From Catajapyx aquilonaris (taxonomy: Eukaryota): DNA of 57,947 nt. Of the stretch, positions 45,821-57,947 are shown one piece after another. Numbering within the stretch: the stretch's first letter is position 1; the number at the start of each line of letters is the position of its first letter. The DNA lies in assembly GCA_000934665.2 (NCBI GenBank), contig KZ538635.1:1-57947 (forward strand). The letters are read 5' to 3'. The notes under the pieces were generated by a model. The model made no database searches, was not told where the DNA came from, and saw only the letters and a list, made by a program, of their open reading frames with translations. The translations under genes and the position numbers were made by a program.

Positions 45821-48800
45821 GTACGTTTTTTAAAATCAGCTTTAAAGACGAAAACTGGAAGGGGAAAAGTACGATGCATTTTTAATATGGCTGTACAGTA
45901 ACTGCACAGTAGAGCGTGTCAAGTGCACTTATCCGCTCGCCATTTACTTTGACATCATCATAATTTTATGTATGGCAGTCGTGACGTGTGATAAAAGTGG
46001 ATTAAATAGTCATGAAACGTGAGGAAACATTTTGTATATTTAAAATACTTCATTTGATATTCAACTGTGTCGCCGAATTTGAAATGCATTATGAGTAGCA
46101 TGGGTTGTCTCGCAAAATGAAGCGAAGAAGGTTTTCAGGGGGGTGAGAGAGAGAGAGTCCCTGGGATCGATACCCGGCCTTTTGCACTTTGTAAAGGTGG
46201 GGGAGGGCAAGTTGAGGGGGGGAATGTTTTGTGTACCCCCACCTCTCCCCACTCTGTAGTTTCAAACCCCTCTTCAACAGTGGGAAAGCTTCAAATTTCA
46301 TAGGATTAGTGCTGAAATAGCCTGCAACCAGAGGAGTAACCTGCACTATATTGAGGTCGTCACCTTTGCGCACCTGAAAAAAAAGAAGGTCATATTATAC
46401 ATAGGGTCCAGTGCTTTTAAAAAAATCATGGCAATGTCAACACGGAACCGGTGGCGTCATGTCCGGAGGCTGGGCCTGGATTTTTGTTTGGATTCACCCA
46501 CATCAAATATATTCCGCGCTTTGCTTAATCCCCTCGTGACCCTTAAAGGGCGATCTGTTCGAATCAGCATGCGTACAGTGCACCTGAAAATTACATTTCC
46601 AACTCTATTGTTCCATATTATGCAATGGTATATAGCCTTGTATTAAGGACAGTGACACTGCATGTGACGCTCTCACATGTGCTGCAGTATATTTGAATCC
46701 GCTGAGTATCAAACAGTGACAGATGGGAAAATGTTCGACTGCAGAAAACCACGTGTGTGCATCAAGTGGACTTAACCGCTTACGAGTGGATCATGGCGGT
46801 TAATTGCAAATGTTCAGGTGTAATTAGCCTATAATTTCTTCCCAACTCTTCCGAACTACTAGTTAGGAAATAAATAGTTACAGTCCTATATTCAGACAAC
46901 TGGAGATTTTCCCCTCCATCTCTTCTGTAACGTTTGAGTTTTGATGTGATCAATATTAGCGCCCGGTTTGTGTGTTTGCATGTTATAAACCAGCGCATGT
47001 CCGTGTGGCTTGCAGTGGCCCAAGGCGTGTGTCACCAATTCGCAAAGTTGCGATTTTGGAACCTCGGAAGTAAATTAGTGGCTGTTTGGTGGCCACTAAA
47101 ACTGGAAAAGACACTTTTTTTTACACTTAAAAGTACCCAAATGAGAGACAGACAGTTTCCAGATTTGAGCTATTTTTCTCAATAGGCTCCTTCGAGAGAT
47201 ATTTCCACTATATAGACCCAGTAATTATATGACATTTTATGAGCAGAACATTTACCGGACATTAACTCCAATTGGTAGAAAAGATTGGATTTCATTATCA
47301 CAGTCTCTATTGGACCTTTCCTTTTTGAATGATTCACTCGACATTTGAATCCCATTGACTAAATGCCGGTGAATATAATGATCGATCGCGAATGATTTCC
47401 TCTTTCTTTCTGAAGAAAATCGTTTCTCTCAGCACATTTCGAGTTAAAATTGGCATTTAAAAAAATCAGATATTAAATTGGCATAATGCTCTACATGTGA
47501 GTTCATCCATAATGTATCTTGAAACTTAACAAAATGACGCATCATATTGATGCAAATCTGGCGGTACGTAATTATTAGCAATAATTAAAATTCACATTAA
47601 ATATTGCTGAAGCCACAAGGCAACGAAGCCGCTTAATTTCAAAACTTGGATGTGTTCATTAAAAAATTATAGCCAATATCTGTCTCACGATTTCCTATTT
47701 TTTACACAGACAGACTGCTTGGAAGACCACAATATTAAACATTTATTCACTTATAAATATTCTCACTGCGCCTAATAAGATTGTCTGCACTGTAGTCTTC
47801 ACTGTATAAGCCTGGCGTCAAAATGCGCATGAACCACCCTACATTGTACACGTGAAAGGATACCTTTTTAACAATGCTAACACAGTTTGCTACTTTCCCA
47901 CCGTTAATGTTGGCTTTTAACATGCCCCCCTGTCCATGGGATTTGATGTTCAACTGCATGATTGACACTCAATCCCAAATTACAATCCCAGAGTTTGAAA
48001 CCTGCACTATTAGCCAATTAAAGAGGCACGGGAATTAACGTCCATTTGCATCCAAAAAGGGAGCACAAATTGTCCTTTACTTTCAGTGTGATAAATTGTG
48101 TGTAAAAAATTTGTAACCAGCTTTAGTTTTAAATTCGTGACATTTTTCGGTCACCTTGTACGCTTGACCTTTAATTTCTAAACGCATAAAAAAATTATGG
48201 CTCTCTTAACTCAATCTAGAAACGCCATTTCTGGTTGTAATTGAAGCTGGGGTTTCTATTCTGCGCCCCCCCCCCCTCTCTAAAAAAAATGTAATGATCA
48301 AGTGACGCAAGGCAGCACTGCAGCAAAAGCTAGAAGTCAAATTATGAAGGGAAGTTGTGTAATTGGCGTTTTCCGGAAGGTGTGTTCCGGAACCTCCATT
48401 TAAATCACAAAGGGATTAGAAAAGGTGAAGAGGAAATTAAATCCATGCATGACATTTTAATTTCAGAACTTAAGAATTATGCCATTTGCATGAGCATTGT
48501 ACGAGCACTGTTGGAACTACAGTATAATCTATCAAAATGGCTGGTGTCATATTACTGGTGTCATATTACGTGTGCAGCAGACGCTTCAATAGGACTAGAT
48601 TTACGACAAACTTAGGATGCTGCTCCATAATGACATCACTAATAGAGGGCGGTTACTAATTTTTCATAGCGCACAATAATGCCAAATGCACCCTCTACAT
48701 ATTTTTTTTATAGATAATTTGAAACTAATTTTTGGGCGATTCCAACATGGAAGCCTGGTTTTCAAGGGGCTGGTCCTAACGAGCTCCCATTTACTCCCAT

Positions 48801-51800
48801 ACAAAGGCTTGCCATCCCCCATCACCTGGGAAGGAAGCAAGCACACCACGGTGATTTACGATGCCTCTGCTACCTCATTAGGCTTTTTAGGACCGGGGAA
48901 AAGTCCGCAAGATGGCCGACGGAGGAGACAAAGTTGCCTTCCGGGAGTTGCAACAGGGCAACAGGTTATTTAGGAGCACTGGGATTTGGTTGGGGTTGAA
49001 TAGTGAAATATTGAAACCGGTTCTTTCGAAGGAGTTTCATATATTTTAGAAAGTGTCCAGAGTGGTTTTTGTCCACTGTCGAATTTCATGGGTTTTTTGT
49101 CTGCCCAACTTTTAGGGTAGAAACTTCCCACCAACTAACTCCACGGCAGTTAATCACTGTCAAAACATTCCAACTTGCAATCGGTTTTTAATTGCTCCAA
49201 ATTGCTTTCGAAATGTTACATGTCATTTTCAGCAATTGTGCATAAATTTTATTCTTTTACATCCATACATGCAAAACGACCGGGTTCAAGCTACAATCCT
49301 AGAATATTCATGCTATCTCAAGGAAAAAAAAAATTATATTCAAGTCAGCTTTTCCACTCAGCTTTTGTACGAGACGGACCACCATTTCGTCCTGAAATGA
49401 GGGAACATTCGTGTGCGAATTGTCCTCCTTTTTTTCCCCCCCTTCGAATTGCAGACCCCATGAAAATTTTCCAAGGGTTCCTTCAACCCCCTGCTAGGGG
49501 TGTTCATCTCGTCAGGTTTTCCTAGTGAAAATTACCTCCTTGGTGCCCTCAAGCAGCTGCATCTTAGCAAGCGACGCCTTCACCCGGAAACCAATTTAGG
49601 GGATGCTCCAATAACACTACACCTTTGGGTATTGATCTCCCTCTCTCCAATGTATTTAAAACTTGAAAAGATAACCCCCAAGACTTTAAATATCATGACT
49701 TGAACTTTTTTTTTGCAAGGCTTAGTTTAATCTGGGGATGTCTCTTTTCGCGACAAAGAAATTCGATTTGCGACTCAGTTCAGCTTGCAAATCGAATTAC
49801 TTGCTGAGACAGAAAGAATAATTTCTTTAGAAAAAAAAGGATGGGAATTTTCGTTTATTGTCCAGTGTACTGTTCACAAAAATGTGAGAATGATTTCAAG
49901 CCTGGGTGGGGTTTAGGGGGTGGTACAATAAAGAGGAGGTAAAAAAAAAGTTCGGCAGATGGAGTTTGAAATTCAATATCCCGCGGGGCACATGGAAGAT
50001 ATCACCAGAGTTTCCGAGCTATACTGCAAATGGCCGATTTTGTTCAGCTAAAGGCGATGTTGTTCCGTTTTTTTTTTGAGAGGGAACTGATATCGGGCTT
50101 TAATATGAAAAATGCCAAAAAGTTTTGGGGGCATATGAGTAACTGCGACTGATTGGGTGTTTTTAATGTTATTGTATCATTCGGGCCTTTTCGCTTCCCC
50201 GGGGCCATATTTTTTTGTATGAAGGGAATTGGGAAGCTTAATTCTGCTATAATTCAACCTATATAAAAATTATCGAATAAAATCTCAGAACACGATAATA
50301 ATAATCGACTGCAATATCTGGCACGATCTGGCAACACTACACAAAACATCAGTGTAATTTGGGTTGCATCATGCAAGGATGAAAAGTTCTAATCCAAGTG
50401 TTTGTTCGCTTTTCAACTTTTCTAAGCAGCAGTAAATGTACGTTGATTACATTATTTTTTAAATGTCACAAATTGCTCTACATTTTTAAATATCACAAAT
50501 TGCTCTAAATTTTTTCAGCCTACGTTGAATCGGACATGATATAGTGAGAAACTTTTTACGCTGTGATTACGCAGATACAATGCAGATGCCTGGATGCTTC
50601 TCCTAACTTATATTTTTTGCCCACTTGCAGTATGTGTTCTCCACTCTGCGGGACGTAAAATATGGCGCGTATTTCTGTCGGCGTTTTAGTGGAGCCCCTG
50701 CGAGATAGTTTATAAATCTCCGCTCTTAAGGATTAAGACGGATAATGTGCAGCATCCTTCCCTCCCTCCCCCCCACCCCTTCTTTTTACCCCCACCAAGT
50801 TCTGAAACTAAACTCTCTAGACTCGTAGATAATGAGAGCCGACTGCTATTAAATGGGTTCTTGAGAAAGCTCTTTCAAACTGCTCCCTCATATTTTTTCT
50901 CTTCTTCTTCTTCTTCTTTTTCAAACACAAAAAAATTCTAGAGGAAAGTCTTCCACGCCCGGAAATGGATTTTCATTAATGGGTGCGGGTTAATATTTGC
51001 TTCTTTAGCGCAAATGATACCGCACTCTGGCTGTGTTGATCAAGTTTTCGAGCAAAGTTCTCGGCATTAGACTTCTAAATGAGAGCATTAGGAACTAAAC
51101 AAGATGCGGAGGTACACCTTCTCAAAATCCTAGGAAAGCTTCCATCTATATTCATATTGCTCTCTTCCGTGAGAAGAAAGTGGAACCATGTTTGATAGAC
51201 AAGTACTTTGCATGTCTCACAGGAGTTATTATAGATTAACTCGCGATTTATAGAGACACGCTGCCTTTATAGGGGGTACAAAATGGAACAAATCTGGAAA
51301 TTATATTGCTGTGCGATGTATCGAATATTCGGCTTTATCCGTGTTCATTGCAGTGAAAGTTTCCTTATCTTCTGACACTCCATCTGTCGGTAGCGTCCAT
51401 GACACGTCATAAATGACGCATCTGTGTCGCGGTGTCAAGATGTGCACCACAGGGGACATCTACACGTCTGCGTGTGTTTTTAACACATAGCCAGAGAGCA
51501 CCTTGGATGGATGCTACTGCTTGAAATGAGTTATCAAGCTTCTACTATAAACATAGGGCAGCCATTCGTGCCCAGTAAATTTAATCCGGCCTAACCGCGG
51601 AAAAATGTTAATCCTTAGAAGTTTTCGCCTGTAGACCGTAATAAAAAGCGGCTTATGGGTAGGATTCTCTGGAGAATTCTCTTATATATATACGTCTGAG
51701 TGGTAGCAAAAAGGGGAGAAATCCGACTCTCCAAAAGTTCATATTCTGCCTTCTAAGCGACCTGGGGATGCCCACAGGTGATTTTCACTTAAGTAAAAGC

Positions 51801-54800
51801 GATGGTGGTGGTTGCGTGTGCAGTCGGGCATTTTTGTGCGTCATCGGGGAAATAAAAGCGGGAACGTAAATTATAAGTCCCCATGCCTAGGGTTGCATCC
51901 TTTGCAAGAGGACCGTGAATTTTCATTAGAAATTCTCTCACAAGCAGTCGGAACCTGCGTGGGATGAAAGGTTCAACGTCCCAGATATAAGTATGTTTAC
52001 AGGAGGTCAAGAAATTTTGGTCGGCTGCTTTCAGGGAGAGCTATTTTTTGAATTATGCCGCTATAGGATCTTTTAGACGTAAACTCTCCTCTGAATTTAA
52101 TAACATGAAATGAAATTTGTTGGATTTTAATTTTTACATGCATGAATGAAAAACTCAGATATTTAGCCTAATTTTCAGTGCTAAAATAAATATTATGGGC
52201 CAAAACGTGATGTATGACACTAATTAGCTAATAATTTAAATTTAAACTGCAAGGTATAGCTTTTTTATTATTCAAAATGACAGTCGTATCTCATACCTGT
52301 CATACACCTACATTATCTCAGTAACCAGATTCGCACCAAATTTAATGATCTTTGGGAGCCCATAAATTCAGATTTGTCCGAATCACTACAAAACACCCTG
52401 TATGTACCACCGAATAATTAATTATGTGTAACTGTTCAATGGCATTTGCGCCATGTTCTGGAACAAATGAAACGGGTGCACTCTGTAAACATGATGCAAA
52501 ACATAGCCCGCTATATGCTGAATATCACAACGAGGCCATAGGCATCGTACCTTTGACCTTTGTTGTGATTAACCGCCGAAAGAGGACCCTTGGGTACAGC
52601 CAGAGTGCATAATAAATTCTCCAATCGTGAGCTCGTGTTAGCGCGTCCGTTCTCTCTTTTTATCCTTTCGTGGAAGCCTTTTTATTTTTTCAGTTTTTTT
52701 TATCGTGATTAAAGACACCGTTAGCGCCTTTGCATGACCCCTACCAAGCTGATGAACCTGCTAAGATTACATGGAATATAAGTAGGGCAATATCGCTCGC
52801 ACCTGCTGCGAATCTGAACTTAATTTCCCACCTTGTTTCTTGTCATGGCTAGCCCCTGTTGTGATCTATAGACCTGCGTCATAAGCTACGTGCCAAGAAG
52901 CCACTTTGCTTCCTTAAAAATTTATTTGAATGCTCCTTTGTTATGAAATTAAGACTGAGAGTGTTTGCTTACAACTTTGAACGTGTTTTGGTGCAAAAGG
53001 ACTGGCCCATTCCTTAACCGTTTTGGCAAAATTACCAGATGGCACATTGGCAGTATTCCCATTCCTTGCTATTCTGGAAGATACTGCGCATATCATCCTG
53101 CATTAAAATGCTAGGAATTATAATATTGCGTATACTTAGTCCTTAAGAGATTTTTTAATATGGCGCCACTTCATGATTTTTTTTTTTTGAAATTTCTACA
53201 TAGGCCCTAAGACAGAAGCTAACAAGAATCAGTCATTTCACACAAAAGTGTCAGTTAGCAGGTGTGACCCACATTTTTAACAAGGTCATATTTCCAAAAT
53301 TGAAACGTCTCACCGCTCGTGATAAATTCGCAAGATAAATCCAATGCCAATATGAAATCCAAATCCTGGCGGCTTGTAATGAAACCCCTTTTGGCGGACC
53401 AGCTCCATCACGTCCAATCCCCCTTTTCCCTCGAACAACCTCGTTTCGTTACTGCAGAGATAGAGAGGAAAAGGATACAGCCTCTCATAAACGCCACCCA
53501 TACAGACTATATGGCTGCACAGTATCTCGCTTCAAAATTATTATTGGCGAATCTGCAGGCTGCGGCACCTGAGGGTGGCAGGAGTGTGCATGCGCCATCT
53601 ATGTATGAAGAATAGTACTACGTGGTAAATCGGCGAGCCATCTCACTGTCATACTGATTATAAGTGTTTTTTTCCAAATTTTGGCAATGGGTTCGCTAGT
53701 CCACTTACCGAGTTGGTAGTTTTAAATAATGTTCCACAAAGATGTAGTTAGAGCTTGTTAACTAGGCGAGTAGCTTCATTAAAGAGGCGCGAAAGGTGGT
53801 GGGTGAGCGATAAGTGGCGTCCTGCTGAGGTGATATTCAACTATGGGAGAGAGGAAGCCCCCATTGCCCCCCACCCTCTAGATGGGCTCTCTAGTGGGAG
53901 TTACACCGGATAAAGGAAGCCAACAGAAAGGACTTTGGAGTTAGTTGTGCCCGTTCGAGGGTGGAGAGAACGTGTGGAATATTTAGCCTTACCGATGGGA
54001 ATAGCATGGTGTTTAAAAGTGACAAAATGAGGAGTTCTCAGAGCTACAAGGTGTGGAGGAGGTTCTCAGAGCCTGTGTATCCCAAGGTAAAACGTGATTG
54101 TCATCAGAACTGGCTTGGATTGTAATCGTGTTTAACTTGTGGCTTTTTGAGAGGAAGTTGGTTAAGTGGTGACGCACTTTGTGGGGTACGGAACAAGGGG
54201 TGATGACGCTCAAGGCGATGCTCAAGGACGGTCATGTTGACTTTTTTTCCCGCCTGTCTAAGGACGACTTGAAGCCGGCCCATATGGTAGGCCATGCTAC
54301 AATCAATACAGCATGTAGACATTAATAATAGCACATAACATTTGTATTAACAAATTTGTTATAATAGCAATATCTTCAAAATCACCAACAGCATGGCATA
54401 TGGAGTTGCGTAATATCAGTGATAAATTCGAGCATCTGGCTGAACTATTTAATTTGGGTCGCGCTGATACATGTCGCAACTCAATACCGTTGTTGCGGCG
54501 ACCTTATCATCACGGGAATGGTAGAGGAAAAAAAAGTGTAATTGAGAGACCTTTTTCACCCCCTGGAGGTCTCCAAATGTAACGAGTCCTCCCACCCAAT
54601 CCTGGAATATTGTTTTCTCTGGGAATCTTCGCAAGACATTTCTAAAGGCATGGAGAGCCCGGGTTATAAGTAAAAAAGGTCGTCATAAAAGCGGTGGGAG
54701 ATGGTGCTGTCATGATGAAAAGTGCAGGAGCAGCAAATGTCTCCTCTTGGTTTCATTAGTGGAGGGTATGTTTTTTTGTGGAGGTCTTTTTACTATAGAG

Positions 54801-57365
54801 GCTTCGGGCGATGGGTGTCTTTTGCAAGCAATTTTCAAACTGAAACCGAATGCAGCATGGCTTGTAACTTGTCAGGGACTCATTTGCAGATTGCGGAGTC
54901 AGTGGTGCGAATGAGACGCATTTTGTAGTGAGTGAAAAAAGGCAGGGTTTTTTTGCTAAATATCTTTCGAATTGCAGTTTTATACAATGAGGTGCGACGG
55001 TGCTTGAAATATGTGGCGATGGTGAAAAAGTCCGATATTTTAAAGCCAAGAGATGCCCATTACTGCAAATGGAAATCCGCAACATTTTGCACGAGCATTA
55101 TGTGAATTAACTTAACATTTGTTTGTTCCGGTAGAGAAACCTGGTTTACTGCTCCAAAACGAGATTACACACCAACCTGACACATACAAGTGAAAGGCGA
55201 GATTTGCAAAGTGCATCACTTGTCCCAGCTAATCCGAATGGATTCAGTGGTGAACAACACAGTACATCACATGCCCTGAACTGTCACTGGAACCCAGCAG
55301 TTACACCGCGTAATTTCTCTCAAAGACAAACTGCATCGACTATAGAATTTTCCAATTTGTGAAAAAAATAATTATTGCGTTGGCAATGCAGATTAATCTA
55401 TACATACCCCTTGAAGTGCAGCCAATATTGATTACAAGCCAACACTGTGAGGCCGATAAAACGTGATGCTAGAGTGTATTTTGTGGTTCGAGAGAGAAGA
55501 TACGGTTATCGAACAAAACAAGTGCCAGAGTTCTAAGGAAAAGACCACAAGAGGTTGAGGATGGACAATCCAAGAAAGCTGACCCCAAAATTGCCTGCTT
55601 TTGTTCGGGGGGGACTGTGCGATAAAATGTAACTTGGCGGGGATATGGAAGAAAACTCCCCCCCAAAAAAGTGTGGGAGTGGTTCTTTTCAGGACTGGAG
55701 TTATGGAGAAGTTAGAGAGCGAGAAAAACTTGAGTTGTATTGTACCCAGGGAGTGGACGCATTTTGGCAGAGCTGGAGCAAATATTATTTGAGGCGAATC
55801 TGTGGCGTCATGGATATTTTAGACGAGTTTTATTCAAAATTCTGAGTAGTAAACTTCGCAGAAAAACGTGTTCTATGAAGTCGCATATTCATACGATGCA
55901 CAGTCTTTTATGATATATATATATTGGCAAAATCTACAATATTAAAGACCTGTGTACTTTTATGAATATATTATAGGCGAACAAGTTTTTGAATAATCTG
56001 CCGTTGGGCTACATGATTCTTCGTATGAGTTCATGGCTGTAGTGACATCCTGCGCAGATGATAAATTCAAATCGGAATCAAAGGATCAATAGCAGTCGAT
56101 GCTAGATAGCCACATGCTATTTTTAGTAGAAAGGTAATAGACCAGTTCATTTGATTTCACTGTCATAATATGTACTCAACAGATAAAATGCATTCAGCAT
56201 GCGCTTTATAAACAGTGCAGCCTTTAATTATTGTTCCATTGTTGATATATTATTGTCAAATGTGTATGGCTGAATTTGCTGGTTAATGAGATAAAATACT
56301 GTAACCTAGCGTGAGTATCTAAAATCTGATTAGGTCTGAGAAACACTGCATAGCATTTGTTATGGCACTCTCTACAATGTATATGCACTCGAAAATCGTT
56401 AATTACGCTCCAACACTCGCTTTTGAAATTTCAGCTTGATTTTCTCCGGCGTAATTTTTTTTAGCTCGGGTTAAAACCTTTGACATGCTTCACCTTCCCT
56501 TTTTTTAGCTCGAGCTGATGATGAATTGTGGACCCTAGAGAGTGCAACAGATGTTTCGTAGGTCGGGTGACAGTTGGCGACTGTCGCACTTTGGGTCTCT
56601 CTCGGTCCAAGTTTCTGCAAATGACACGTCCCCCGGAAGCTGCGATTGAAATGTAAACCAGTGGTACGGACAGATATCGTCAGCTAAAAGGGAAGCTGCA
56701 ATAAGCAGAAAAGCTTGGAAAATAATTACCCTTCTCAAAAAGTATGGACTGGGTTGGCCCTATACTATGTCAAAAATTTATCCTAAAAAGAACTGCACGG
56801 ACATCATACAGCAATGTGGTTTTTGAGGGATTTATTTCAAAGGTTTTAACGGCCAAACGAGTTTTAATATATTTTGTGGAACGTTTCAATGCACATTTTC
56901 AAGCTTGGAATACTGTAAGGTTGGGTGTACGAGCGTACGTATTATAGGTATAGTATGGAAAATATTAAACAGATCTACACTGCACAGTGTGAACTACTGT
57001 AAGACAGTATGAAACGTTATTACTGTATGATACACGCAGATGTTTGGTCTCTATATACTGTAGTAGGTGCATGAAAATTATGCAGCAGATGTTGAATTCA
57101 CAAAACGTTTGCGATTCTTTCCGTTGTAATGGTTTAGGTTCACACACAAAACAATCGAAAACATCTCTTTTTTGTAAATCCATACTCAGATGCCGTGCAA
57201 ATGAGTACTTTGCGTGTTAAGAGCCAATCTGAACTACTGATTGTTTTCATAATTTTCCCTGTGTTCACGAAGCACTGATATTTCCCCATTTGGCATTTGA
57301 GTTGCTTCATACGCGATGTGATTTTAAACATTCAATTACTTAAATTGTAAACTGATGATGGTGTA

Positions 57366-57612
57366 CAGTGCTGGACATTAATTCCGGCATACTGCTAACG
57401 ACATCTTCCAATGCGGCAGATCGAAGTGATAGAGTGCGAGCCGTGCGAGTAAGAAATGGTATGCCTTGGGTGACGTCACTGGCTGGGGACAAGACTTTTT
57501 TCCATTTGCCCCCCTAGCCGGTGACGTCATTCAAGGCCTACCTCTTCTTACTCGCATGGCTCGCACTTTATCATTGTCGCTAGCAGTACGACGCGATTAA
57601 TGCCCACTACTG
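57366..57612. mobile_element. Palindromic MITE family A, copy 3
   Basis: TA|CAGTGCTGGACATTAAT...ATTAATGCCCACTACTG|TA (Tc1/mariner-type TA TSD). Confidence 0.85.
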
Positions 57613-57651
57613 TACTATAAGTGATATTGAGTACCCAACAAATTCTCTCAG

Positions 57652-57726
57652 ACATCAATTACCGTATTCAATTTGGTCACCATACCGAAACGGTATGGTG
57701 ACCAAATTGAATAAGGTAATTGATGT
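57652..57726. repeat. Near-perfect hairpin (36-bp arms, 3-nt loop)
   Basis: acatcaattaccgtattcaatttggtcaccataccg-aaa-cggtatggtgaccaaattgaataaggtaattgatgt, one mismatch. Confidence 0.92.
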
Positions 57727-57947
57727 TCTGATCTTCAATATCTGAAAAACCTAATATCGCAGGCCTGCATTACTGTAACGTTTCTCCAATATTACTCTAC
57801 AAACTGTACTAAACGTGCGGGCATTTTTTTGTGTGGCAGCAAGCCCTGAAGGGAATTTTGGCAGACCGAGTTGATGAAGTTAGCAGACGTCGAAGGGATT
57901 GTGTACGTGTGTGCAGAGGGGGGGCATATGGGGAGTGTGGAGAGGAG

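Noticed and set aside
46089..46373. Minus-strand exon after the strong acceptor cttcttttttttcag (VRKGDDLNIVQ...)
   Set aside because: No convincing donor, partner exon or recognisable protein.
29398..57331. Numerous 60-140 aa ORFs in the right half of the window
   Set aside because: No recognisable domains, many non-ATG starts, low-complexity content and no consistent splice phases; compatible with random ORFs.
1..57947. CRISPR array, rRNA or prokaryotic operon
   Set aside because: No regularly spaced repeat-spacer array or rRNA-like sequence was seen, and the genes contain spliceosomal introns.

Overview
Eukaryotic genomic DNA, most likely arthropod, judging by the PAPSS N-terminus [14 protein letters not shown], the FPPS motif SVFPDVVHDLT and short GT-AG introns. 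Three intact spliced genes can be reconstructed by hand. (1) Bifunctional PAPS synthase on +, with two candidate alternative first exons at 5736 and 8696 and shared exons 10196-12786. (2) CCDC6 on -, 17908-13852, 6 exons, 511 aa. (3) An FPPS-fold gene on +, 27312-29048, 5 exons, 383 aa. The FPPS-fold protein keeps the allylic-substrate/Mg machinery but has lost most IPP-binding residues and has an NDxxD second motif. This is the pattern expected of an isoprenyl-diphosphate-synthase-derived terpene synthase and is the most interesting signal in the window. The rest is intronic or intergenic: two tRNA-derived SINEs with target-site duplications (one with a Nin/Deu-like core), a solo LTR, a long-TIR MULE-like element with cargo, Tc1/mariner-type MITEs, mini-Helitrons, microsatellites, decayed exon-like relics and a 33-N assembly gap. 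I found no convincing long coding exon after 29.1 kb. All alignments were done by eye from remembered family motifs; no searches were run.
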